Source: Kiritimatiellia bacterium (GTDB taxonomy: Bacteria; Verrucomicrobiota; Kiritimatiellia; RFP12; JBMNHG01). From it: DNA of 64,000 nucleotides. Location of the stretch: NCBI GenBank assembly GCA_050950285.1, contig JBMNHG010000002.1:504654-568653 (forward strand), written 5' to 3'. Numbering within the stretch: position 1 is the first letter of the stretch; each line of letters begins with the position of its first letter. This document shows positions 25,771-34,754 of the stretch, piece by piece. Made by a program: the position numbers and the translations under genes. The notes beneath the pieces were generated by a model that saw only the letters and a list, made by a program, of their open reading frames with translations, was not told the origin of the DNA and made no database searches.

Positions 25771-28713
25771 ATGATCAAGATGTTTCCGTCGTTCCGTGCC
25801 GCGGTCGTCGCCGCAGCGTGCGTGGGTGGGATTTCGTCCGTCGCGATCGGTTCGCCGCTGCGCGTCTCGGTGATGGGCGACAGCTATTCGTCGTGGAATC
25901 CGGCCGATCTTCCCGGCCACTATGCGGCGTCCTGCGCGGCCAACGGCACGGGATACGGCTTTGGCTTCGCCGGCATCACGGATGTCAACGAGACGTACTG
26001 GATGAAGTTCATCCACCACGTCGGCGGCACCCTCGAGATGAACAACTCGTGGGAGAGCTCGCGCGTGACGAACGGCGGCACGATGCGCAAGTCGTTCATC
26101 CATCCGGACCGCATCGACGACATCGGAAGCCCCGACATCCTGCTCGTCTGCGGCGGCATGAACGACGCGTGGGGCACGGACAACGGCGTCGCGCAGCTCG
26201 GCGACTTCAAGTATTCCGACTGGACGGCTGACGACCTGACGAAGTTCCGTCCCGCGCTCGCCTATCTGATCGACCATCAGAAGACGCAGCACCCGGACAT
26301 GGAGATCATCGTCGTCATCAACTCCTTCGACGACGCGGGCGGCGGCACCGGCGGAAGGCCCGGCCTCACGCGGGAGTGGTGCGCCTCGATGGCGCAGATC
26401 GCCGACCACTACGGCGTCCTTTCCGTGCAGTGCCACGACATCGAAAAGTACAGCGAACATCCGACGGCGACAGGCTTCACGGCCATGGCCAACCAGATCG
26501 CCGCGGCCTGGGACGCGGAACATCCCGCCGTTCCCCCGGCCACGTTCGAAGAGGCCGATCCGTCGGCGCGGAGTGTCGAGACGCCCGAGGGCATCGCCTA
26601 CGTGTTCACCAACGCGGCGCACGCCGTCCGGCTCACCACCGGCGTGGACCTGTGCCTCGTGCGCGCGCTCCTCGTGGGCGGCGGCGGCGAGGGCGGCCAC
26701 GTCATCGGCGGCGGGGGCGGCGGGGGCGCGGTCGTCGAGCGGACCGACATCCTGGACATTCCGGCCGGCAGCGAACTGCGGATCAAGGTCGGCGCGGGCG
26801 GCTCGACTCCCGGCAAGCCCGCGGACGGCCTGTACATGATGAACCAGGCCTCGTGGCACAGGCAGAGCGGCGCGAACGGCAGCGCTTCCGTCTTCAGCTT
26901 CAGCAACACCGTCTATTCGGCGGCGGGCGGCGGCGGCGGCGCTTCGTGGAACACGAACATCGGCGGCGCGGGCGCCAGCGGCGGCGGCGGTTCGGGCGAG
27001 AAGACGGACGGCCTGCCCGGTCTCGGCGGCGAGGCCTGGGACGGCAACAAGGGCGGCGACGTCAGCAAGGGCGGCGGTCCCTTCGACTACTTCGCGGGCG
27101 GCGGCGGCGGCGCAAGTGCGGCCGGCGAGGATGGCGGCACGGTCCCGTCGACTTCCGGCCGCGGCGGAGAAGGAAGGACGGTCGAGATCGCCGGCACGAA
27201 CGTCGTCTACGGTTCGGGCGGCGGCGGCGGCGGCGGCAACGCCGCAATTGCGGCGGCGGGCGGCACCAACGGCGGCGCGGGCGGCGCCGGAAATGCCGGC
27301 AACCCCCGATCGCCTCTCGGGCAGCCCGGCTTCCCGGGCGTCGACGGCGCGGGCGCGGGCGGCGGAGGCGGCGGCTTCGAGCTGTACAACCTCAATGGGG
27401 ACTATCCCTGCTACACGGGCGGAAACGGCGGTTCGGGCGCGATTATCCTTGTTTTCGCGCCGTCCAACCAACCCAGCCTGAGGGTCGCCGTCGCCGAAAA
27501 CCCGAAGACCGAGGCGACCATCAACTTCCGCCTGACATCGGTCGGCGAGGGTGCTGCGCAGGCCGAAATCTTCCTCGCATACGGAACGCCCGGCCATCTT
27601 GGCGAGTACGTTTCGGTCGGCACGCTCCCGGGGGGCGCGTCCGGCAGCCACAAGCTGACGGGTCTTGCGCGGGGCGCCGAATACGCCTACAGCGTGAAGG
27701 CGGTCACCGACGCCCAGCCGCCGGCCGAGGTCGTTGTCAACGGCTCGTTCGCCACGCTGCCTCCGTTCCAGGAAGTCACGATCGAGGAAGCCGATCCGTC
27801 CGCCCGGACAATCACGACGACGGAAGGAACGGCCTACGTCTTCACGAACACGGCCCAGTCGATTACCTTCGCCTACGCCAGGGGAAGAAAGCTCCTTCGC
27901 GCGCTCGTCGTGGGCGGCGGCGGAGAGGGCGGACACATCATCGCGGGCGGCGGAGGTGGCGGAGAGGTCGTCGAACTGGACGACGAACGGTTCATCCCGG
28001 CGGAAACCACGGTCACGATCAGGGTCGGAAAGGGCGGCTCGACGGTCGGGAAGCCGGGACGCTACGACATGAACGCCTGGTCCGGACACTACCTCGCCGG
28101 CGTGATGGGCGAAAGCTCCACGCTGACCATCGGCTCGACGTCCTGCACGGCTTTCGGCGGCGGTGGCGGCTGGTCGTGGGACTCGACCTCGGGCGGCGCC
28201 GGCGCCAACGGCGGCGGCGGCGCGGGCGAGAAGGTCGCAAACAGTTACGGCTACGGCTTGAACGGCGGACATGACGGCGGCAGGGGCGGCATCCTGCTCC
28301 AAAGCCCGTACGACATCGCCGCAGGCGGCGGCGCTGGCGCGGGTGAAGGCGGCGAGGACGGCGGCACGGTCGCCATGACCTCCGGACGCGGTGGCGAGGG
28401 CGTGACGAACTCGATCACCGGCGTGGCCGTCGTCTACGGTTCGGGCGGCGGCGGCGGCGGCGGCAACGGCATCCATCCTGCGGCAGGCGGCACGAACGGC
28501 GGCGACGGCGGCACCGGCAACCTGGCCGGCGACGTCCACGACATCGTCGGCCGGTGCGGTTATCCGGGCGTGGACGGCACCGGCTCGGGCGGCGGCGGCG
28601 GCGGCTTCAAGATGGACGGCCTCCACTGCTACACGGGCGGCAACGGCGGTTGCGGAACGGTCATCCTGGTTTTCAAGGAAGACTCCCCGGCCACCCTCAT
28701 CATGCTCCGGTAG
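25771..28713 (+). CDS. Secreted SGNH/GDSL-family hydrolase fused to 2x Gly-rich modules (~980 aa), C-terminal ATLIMLR tail
   Basis: RBS AAGGAGAG 5 nt upstream. Signal peptide MIKMFPSFRAAVVAAACVGGISSVAIG. SGNH blocks: VSVMGDSYSSWN (GDS-x), LLVCGGMNDAWG (GxND), SEHPTATGF (D/HxxH-like). Two ~300-aa Gly-rich repeats (RALLVGGGGEGGHVIGGGGGGGAVVE ... YGSGGGGGGGN ... YTGGNGGSGAIILVF and RALVVGGGGEGGHIIAGGGGGEVVE ... YGSGGGGGGGNGIH ... YTGGNGGCGTVILVF). Confidence 0.75.
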   Translation: MIKMFPSFRAAVVAAACVGGISSVAIGSPLRVSVMGDSYSSWNPADLPGHYAASCAANGTGYGFGFAGITDVNETYWMKFIHHVGGTLEMNNSWESSRVTNGGTMRKSFIHPDRIDDIGSPDILLVCGGMNDAWGTDNGVAQLGDFKYSDWTADDLTKFRPALAYLIDHQKTQHPDMEIIVVINSFDDAGGGTGGRPGLTREWCASMAQIADHYGVLSVQCHDIEKYSEHPTATGFTAMANQIAAAWDAEHPAVPPATFEEADPSARSVETPEGIAYVFTNAAHAVRLTTGVDLCLVRALLVGGGGEGGHVIGGGGGGGAVVERTDILDIPAGSELRIKVGAGGSTPGKPADGLYMMNQASWHRQSGANGSASVFSFSNTVYSAAGGGGGASWNTNIGGAGASGGGGSGEKTDGLPGLGGEAWDGNKGGDVSKGGGPFDYFAGGGGGASAAGEDGGTVPSTSGRGGEGRTVEIAGTNVVYGSGGGGGGGNAAIAAAGGTNGGAGGAGNAGNPRSPLGQPGFPGVDGAGAGGGGGGFELYNLNGDYPCYTGGNGGSGAIILVFAPSNQPSLRVAVAENPKTEATINFRLTSVGEGAAQAEIFLAYGTPGHLGEYVSVGTLPGGASGSHKLTGLARGAEYAYSVKAVTDAQPPAEVVVNGSFATLPPFQEVTIEEADPSARTITTTEGTAYVFTNTAQSITFAYARGRKLLRALVVGGGGEGGHIIAGGGGGGEVVELDDERFIPAETTVTIRVGKGGSTVGKPGRYDMNAWSGHYLAGVMGESSTLTIGSTSCTAFGGGGGWSWDSTSGGAGANGGGGAGEKVANSYGYGLNGGHDGGRGGILLQSPYDIAAGGGAGAGEGGEDGGTVAMTSGRGGEGVTNSITGVAVVYGSGGGGGGGNGIHPAAGGTNGGDGGTGNLAGDVHDIVGRCGYPGVDGTGSGGGGGGFKMDGLHCYTGGNGGCGTVILVFKEDSPATLIMLR

Positions 28714-28969
28714 GCGGCAGCCTGGAAAAACGGCGCGCCGCGAAGTGGACCCCCATTTCGCGGCGCCGGCAATTCTGGGACTGCAACGAGCGTGGGCGTC
28801 CCCGCCATCCCGTGGACAAGCAGGCGCTCATCCCTTGTCTCCCGGTCCCCTCCGGCGCCCCCTTCCCGGCCAGCCAAACATCCTGGAACTCCTGGTTTCT
28901 CTGGAACGAAGCGGGTGAAATATGCTACGGTGCGGAAAACATCATCCTGAAAGGCCGGCCAACGTGAAC

Positions 28970-31441
28970 ATGAAATCTTCCATTGCAATCGCGACGATGG
29001 CGCTGGGTGTTTTTGCATTTGCGGCGCATGCGGCGATTCCCGAGCCCGTTGTCTGGTTTGTGGGCGACAGGGGCGTCATCACCAACGCCAGCGGCAAGGT
29101 CACGGCCTGGCAGAACCAGGGTTCGCTCAAGTCCGGCGAACTTGTCGAGGTCGTGGCGAACTCGCAGGACTCGACGATCTCCATCGTCAACAACTCGTTT
29201 TTGAAGCACCGTCCGTGCATCCGCTTCCTTGGCGACGAGGTGTTCCTCCGCTCTGCGGGCGCGACCGATCTCGACCTCAATCAGTCCGATGGCCTGACCG
29301 TCTTTACGGTATCCTACTGCATGGACTTGTCCAAGTCCGGGGTCTACGCGCTCGACAGCGACCAAACCGGTGTCTGGCGCTTCGGCCGTGACATCCACCC
29401 GACGGCCAGGCTGCGCCGCGTCTTCTTCTTCGCGATGAACTATTCCCAGCCGAACACCGTATTCCCGGCGCTTACGCCGCTGCTCGACTCGACGTTCGCC
29501 TGCATCACAAGCGGTGGCACATTCCTCAACACCTTTACATCCGGCAAGCCCGAACCGCAGCGCCCGGGACTTCCCAAGGAATTCGGCACGGTCCGTTCCG
29601 CGACATTCAGCGTGGGCCGGAACCTCCTTTCCGAAACGGGGTTCCACGGCGACATCGCCGAGATCAGGATCTACAACCGGGTGCTGACTCCCGCCGAGCG
29701 ACTGACAGTCGATGGCGAACTTGCCGTGCGCTACGGGAACAAGCTGATGCTCGATGAAACCTCGACCCTGACGACCGACATGCTCGGGGATTGCGATCGC
29801 GATGTCGCGGTGATCGGCTATGCGCTGGAAGGCGGTCGCGATATCGGCGAACCTCCGGCGAGCGCCACAAGCGGAGCGCTGACGATCTCCCGCGAGGCCC
29901 CCGTCGACAAGAACCTCAACACCCTCGTCTGCGCCGTGCGCGACCACTATGCTGGAACCGACTGCACATGGTGCATCGGCGGTTCCGAAGCCGCGCGCCA
30001 GCTTCCGCTTGCGCTGGCGTTCACTGGAAGCGAGTTCGCCTCGACTCCGCATCTCAAACTCTTCTATCAAGCCGACAAGAACTCCAACGCCGAGAATACC
30101 GGCATCGAACCCGAGTATGCCGGGAACGGGCTCGTCTTCGCGCTGCCCGCAGGCTGGGCAAACGGCCGTTATTTCGTGCGGACGCGTGCCGACATCCTTC
30201 GTCCCGCCGTCTGGTTCAAGGCCGATGTCGGCGTGACGACCAACGCCGGCGGCGTTGTCACGAAGTGGGAGAATCAGGGAATGCTCGGCGATGTGCTCGA
30301 CATGACGCCTTCGGCCGCGACCGATGGCATCACCCTTGCAAGCAATGCATTCGGCACCAAGCCTGCCGTGCGCTTCGACGGAACGGATTACCTGAAGAGC
30401 GCTTCCGCGACGGATTTCGACCTTACGTCCCAGGGTGGCGCGTGGTTCATTGTCGCAAACGGCAATTTCAGCGACTATGACTCGAACCGTGGTTTCTTTG
30501 GATTGGACAATGGCGGATCGACAGCATGGCGCTTCGGACTTTTCTCCGTCAACCGCTGCCGTCTTTGCGCGGCATTTTTCGCGAAACCCGACAATGGCGG
30601 CGTTTCAAGTTTCGACTTCTGCGATGGGACAAAGGTCGGCGGTCCCGGCAATTTCGCGAAGACGCACAACGGCGAAATCCTTGGCAAGAACATCTGGGTG
30701 TCCACGGCCTATGTTTTCCAGCAACCCGCCGACATACGCCAATACGGCTTCGTCGCCGGCAAGAATTACGACGATATCGGCAGCGGCTATTCCTTCCCCG
30801 GCTGGTCGGCCTGGTCGGGCATAAAACGCAGCGGTGAATTCCGTCTTGGCCACAGTGGCATTTCCGGCACGGCATGGAACAACCTCGTCGGCGACATCGC
30901 GGAATTCCGCCTCTATAACCAGCCGTTGACATCGGCCGAGCGCGCGTCGATCGAACTCGAGCTGGCACTGGCATATGGCCTTCGTCTCGAGACGTTCGGC
31001 GGCGTCGATGTCGCGGACCATCCCGAAATTTCCGCGCATCGCATGGATTCGAATGTGTTCGGGACGCAGTACAACGGCGGCAGGCTGGCCGAACCCGGGA
31101 GTGCGTGGGCCGACGACATGCTCGAGATTTCGAAGACGTCGGCTTTTGATTTGATGATTTTGACCTGCGTCGGCTCTGACGGAGCGGAGAAGGAAGATCG
31201 CACGTGGCATGTCCTGACCACGGGAACGAACACGTGGAATTTCACCTTCACCCCGGGCGGCAGGACCGCAGGCAAGACATATGTCCTCCAATGCAAGGAA
31301 AAGGGTGCATCGGACTTCGCGGCACTCGACGTCGAACCGACGATCGGCGAGCATACCGTCTCGTTCGCCCTGGAATCCATGTCGACCGGAACCTACCGCC
31401 TCCGAACGCATCCCGCCGGAACCCTGTTCTTCTTGCGCTAG
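28970..31441 (+). CDS. Secreted double-LamG-domain protein (~823 aa), C-terminal GTLFFLR tail
   Basis: Signal peptide MKSSIAIATMALGVFAFAAHAA. Two concanavalin/LamG-like modules (...GDIAEIRIYNRVLTPAERLTVDGELAVRYG and ...GDIAEFRLYNQPLTSAERASIELELALAYGL). Ends PAGTLFFLR*. Confidence 0.75.
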   Translation: MKSSIAIATMALGVFAFAAHAAIPEPVVWFVGDRGVITNASGKVTAWQNQGSLKSGELVEVVANSQDSTISIVNNSFLKHRPCIRFLGDEVFLRSAGATDLDLNQSDGLTVFTVSYCMDLSKSGVYALDSDQTGVWRFGRDIHPTARLRRVFFFAMNYSQPNTVFPALTPLLDSTFACITSGGTFLNTFTSGKPEPQRPGLPKEFGTVRSATFSVGRNLLSETGFHGDIAEIRIYNRVLTPAERLTVDGELAVRYGNKLMLDETSTLTTDMLGDCDRDVAVIGYALEGGRDIGEPPASATSGALTISREAPVDKNLNTLVCAVRDHYAGTDCTWCIGGSEAARQLPLALAFTGSEFASTPHLKLFYQADKNSNAENTGIEPEYAGNGLVFALPAGWANGRYFVRTRADILRPAVWFKADVGVTTNAGGVVTKWENQGMLGDVLDMTPSAATDGITLASNAFGTKPAVRFDGTDYLKSASATDFDLTSQGGAWFIVANGNFSDYDSNRGFFGLDNGGSTAWRFGLFSVNRCRLCAAFFAKPDNGGVSSFDFCDGTKVGGPGNFAKTHNGEILGKNIWVSTAYVFQQPADIRQYGFVAGKNYDDIGSGYSFPGWSAWSGIKRSGEFRLGHSGISGTAWNNLVGDIAEFRLYNQPLTSAERASIELELALAYGLRLETFGGVDVADHPEISAHRMDSNVFGTQYNGGRLAEPGSAWADDMLEISKTSAFDLMILTCVGSDGAEKEDRTWHVLTTGTNTWNFTFTPGGRTAGKTYVLQCKEKGASDFAALDVEPTIGEHTVSFALESMSTGTYRLRTHPAGTLFFLR

Positions 31442-31491
31442 CCGCGGCGCGAAGCGGACAAGGCCCGGCGAACGGACCACAGGCACGTGCC

Positions 31492-34400
31492 ATGACGATA
31501 CGAACCACGATCCCCATCTTCTTCCTGCTCTGCGCATGCCTTCCCATCGCGCAGGCGGTTGATTTCGAATACACGCTCGAAGAGGACGCATCGGTCACGA
31601 TCGTCATCGAGGACGAAGAGGGATGCCGCGTGCGCAATCTCGTTTCGGAAGCGCAGCGCACGAAGGGGCTTGTCACGGAAACCTGGGACGGGCGCAACGA
31701 CATCGGGCAGTCCGTCGAACCCGGCGTCTATCGCTGGCGCGGAATCCGGCATGGCGGGATCAAGAGCCACTATATCGGCAACTTCTGTTCGCCGCACTCC
31801 GAAGGCGCGACTCCCTGGAAGCATCTCGACGCGGAGGGCATCCGCACGCAGGAGGGCGGCAATGGCGGCGGATGGCTTTCCGATCACGCCGCACCGTCGA
31901 TTGCGCTTGCGGTCGGCGATGAAATCCTGCTCGGTTGCAACCTCGCCGAGGAAGGCGATTCGATCATCCGCGTGACGCCCGAAGGCAGGAAGATCTGGGG
32001 TGCGCGCTGGCAGGCTCTCGTGTGCCCGGCCGCGATCGCGTTTGACCCGCGGGACGGCGCGCTCTATGTCGCCGGCGAAGGCGGCTGGATCGGCAAGGAC
32101 AGGCTGGTCGTCGTGCGCCGCCTCCTGAAGAATGGCAAGGTGACGAACTACCCCGTTCCAAAGGATGTCCGCGAACGCCTTGAAAAGCAGAATCCCGCCT
32201 TCGCGGACCAGCAACTCATCCGCCTGGCCCGCACGGAGTATTCGGGCCTTGTCGGCATGAGCGTCATCGGCGACTTCCTCGCGCTTGCGCTTACCGACAA
32301 AAACCGCATCGCGTTGTTCGATACCAGGACCGCGCTGCATGTCCGCGACATCCCGTTGCCGGAACCCGTGGCGCTTTGCGGGGATCACGCGATTTCGGGA
32401 AAGAACATCGTCCGGATCGATCCCGACAACGATGCCGTGATCGCCCTCTGCGAATGCGAGGAATTGCTTGAACCTCGCGGTCTCGCGATCGATGGCGAAG
32501 GCCACTTCCATGTCTCCGACGCCGCGCCCGGCGAAATGTGCGTGAAGGTCTTCAACGGGGAGGGACGCCTTGTGCGCACCATCGGCAAGAAGGGCGGGCG
32601 CAGAGAAGGGCGCTACGATCCGAAGGCGATGGATCGCCCTGCCGGCCTTGCCATCGATGCCAAGGGACAACTCTGGGTCACGGAGGACAGCCCGTACCCG
32701 CGGCGCGTATCGGTGTGGACGCCGGAAGGCAGGCTGGTGCGCGAGTTCGTCGGCGGCGCGCGCTATGGCGGCGGCGGTTCGATTTCCGGCGGCAAGGGCT
32801 ATTACGGCGGCATGCGCTTCAAACTGCACAAGGCTCCGCGGCAGGGCGAGCTCGAGGCGATCCTGTTCCGTCCCGAAGAGCATCCGGGGTTCCCGTTCGA
32901 CGTCGGCAAAAACTTTCTCGGCCCCGATCTCCATCAAACCGTCCTGTTCAACGGACGCCGCTATCTGATGGCGGACGATGGATGGGTGCGCTCCCTGACA
33001 ATCGTCGCGGAGGAAGTCGGCGATCGCGCCGTCCTGCGCGCCGCGTGGGGCGAAGCGAGCGAGCTCCGGAATGAGCAGCGGGCGGCAAACGGCGTCTTCC
33101 TCTGGAGCGACGCAAATGGCGATGGCCAGTATCAACCCGAGGAGCTTTCGGTTCATGGCGAGTATCACTTCAAGGCGCAGTGGGCGCTGAGGTCCGCGCC
33201 CGGCCTGGACGCGTTCTTCTACCATCGCGACGGGGACGGACGCCTTCGCATCGTGCGCATCCGGGCGCATGCGGACAGGAAATCGAAGGTGCCCCGGTGG
33301 GATTTCTCCACGCCGGTCGTCTATCCGATCGGCCGCACGCCGAACGACGAGATTATCGGCGCATCGCCGCTGGGGCACACCGACGACATCATCGTCAACT
33401 TGCGGGGATCCACGGGCGGAAGGTCGATGACCAACAACGTCCTCCTTTGCGCTTCGCCGGGCGGGCGGATCCGCTGGACCTATCCGAATCCATATCCGAC
33501 GAACGGAACCACGTCGCCCGTGCCGAAGCGCGGCGAGATCCGTCACACCCTCAATGCCGAAGGCTTCGCGGAGGCCGAAGGGTTCGGCATGGTCTGGCTG
33601 TTGAACGGCAATTTCGGGACGCGCTATCTTTTCTCGGAAGACGGACTTTTCATCACCGAGCTTTTCCGCGACCAGCGCGTGGCGGGAAGCTTCTACAACA
33701 TCCACGACGCGACGCCCGGACGCGTCCTGAGCGGGTATTCCGCTCTCGGCGAATGCTTCTACGGCTGGCTGGGCAATGGGGACGATGGCCGCGTCTTGCA
33801 GATCATCGGCAAGCAGACCTGCAACGTTTGCGAACTTTCGGGATTCGACACGTTGCGGCGTCTTCCGGGCGGGGAGGTCCATCTGGAAGAGCGCGCCGTG
33901 CCGCTCGGGGAACTGCCGCAACGCGAACGAAGCGCCATTCGGGCGATCGAGATGGAGGGCAACTGGATGCCGGGCGGAGAGCAGTGGTATCAAAACGCGC
34001 CCAACGTGATCGAGGCCGAAACACGCATTGCGGCATTCGCAGTGGGGTCGGGATACGGGGCGACGCTTGCGGTGCAGATTCGCGTGGAAGACGACTCCCC
34101 CTTCCTCAACAAGGGCGATGATTTCACCACGATGTTCCACACGGGCGATTGCGTGGACATCCGTTTTGCCGGCGATTCCAGCGCCGATCCGAAGCGAACC
34201 CGCGCGGTTGCCGGCGACGTGCGGTATCTCGTTGTTCCGGATGCGGAGGATCCGGGGAAGGCGCGCGTGATCCGCTACACGTACGTCGATCCGGAGGCGA
34301 AGGGCGAGCCCGTCGTGTTTGCGTCTCCTGTCGGAAGTTGCGAGATCGCGCGGGTCGAGGAGCTCAAGGGCTGCGGATCGCGGGTCGTGCGCGACAGGAA

Positions 34401-34629
34401 GGGCTATACGCTCTCCGTTACGATACCCGGCCACCATTTGCCGATTGAAAAGGGCAAGCGGCTTTCGGGCGCGACCTTGATGGATGTCGGCGTCATCTTC
34501 GGCAACGAGACGGGAAGCGAAGTAAAGCGCCGCGAATACTTCTTCGACGACGAAAGCCGCATCGTCCACGATATTCCGAGCGAAGCCGGCGTCAATCCTT
34601 CGCTGTGGGGAACGGTTCAATTCCGGTAG
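31492..34629 (+). CDS. Secreted NHL-repeat/beta-propeller-like protein (~1045 aa), C-terminal GTVQFR tail
   Basis: Signal peptide MTIRTTIPIFFLLCACLPIAQA. NHL-like repeats (GLAIDGEGHFHVSDAAPGEMCVKVFNGEGRLVRTIG ... GLAIDAKGQLWVTEDSPYPRRVSVWTPEGRLV). Ends WGTVQFR*. Confidence 0.7.
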   Translation: MTIRTTIPIFFLLCACLPIAQAVDFEYTLEEDASVTIVIEDEEGCRVRNLVSEAQRTKGLVTETWDGRNDIGQSVEPGVYRWRGIRHGGIKSHYIGNFCSPHSEGATPWKHLDAEGIRTQEGGNGGGWLSDHAAPSIALAVGDEILLGCNLAEEGDSIIRVTPEGRKIWGARWQALVCPAAIAFDPRDGALYVAGEGGWIGKDRLVVVRRLLKNGKVTNYPVPKDVRERLEKQNPAFADQQLIRLARTEYSGLVGMSVIGDFLALALTDKNRIALFDTRTALHVRDIPLPEPVALCGDHAISGKNIVRIDPDNDAVIALCECEELLEPRGLAIDGEGHFHVSDAAPGEMCVKVFNGEGRLVRTIGKKGGRREGRYDPKAMDRPAGLAIDAKGQLWVTEDSPYPRRVSVWTPEGRLVREFVGGARYGGGGSISGGKGYYGGMRFKLHKAPRQGELEAILFRPEEHPGFPFDVGKNFLGPDLHQTVLFNGRRYLMADDGWVRSLTIVAEEVGDRAVLRAAWGEASELRNEQRAANGVFLWSDANGDGQYQPEELSVHGEYHFKAQWALRSAPGLDAFFYHRDGDGRLRIVRIRAHADRKSKVPRWDFSTPVVYPIGRTPNDEIIGASPLGHTDDIIVNLRGSTGGRSMTNNVLLCASPGGRIRWTYPNPYPTNGTTSPVPKRGEIRHTLNAEGFAEAEGFGMVWLLNGNFGTRYLFSEDGLFITELFRDQRVAGSFYNIHDATPGRVLSGYSALGECFYGWLGNGDDGRVLQIIGKQTCNVCELSGFDTLRRLPGGEVHLEERAVPLGELPQRERSAIRAIEMEGNWMPGGEQWYQNAPNVIEAETRIAAFAVGSGYGATLAVQIRVEDDSPFLNKGDDFTTMFHTGDCVDIRFAGDSSADPKRTRAVAGDVRYLVVPDAEDPGKARVIRYTYVDPEAKGEPVVFASPVGSCEIARVEELKGCGSRVVRDRKGYTLSVTIPGHHLPIEKGKRLSGATLMDVGVIFGNETGSEVKRREYFFDDESRIVHDIPSEAGVNPSLWGTVQFR

Positions 34630-34754
34630 TACGCCGGAAGAAAGGGCCAAAAACAAAGGCGGGCCGTTTCCCCGGGAACCGGCGGAAGAAGGACACGGCG
34701 GGCGCACCGGATTTCCAGTGCGCCCGCCGTATCGCCAGGTTTGGGGATGGAATC

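Noticed and set aside
22618-28626. Minus-strand ORFs 22618..24843 and 24883..28626 opposite the giant LamG and SGNH genes
   Set aside because: Antisense artefacts rich in G/A/R/V/D; the plus-strand genes have RBS, signal peptides and recognisable domains.
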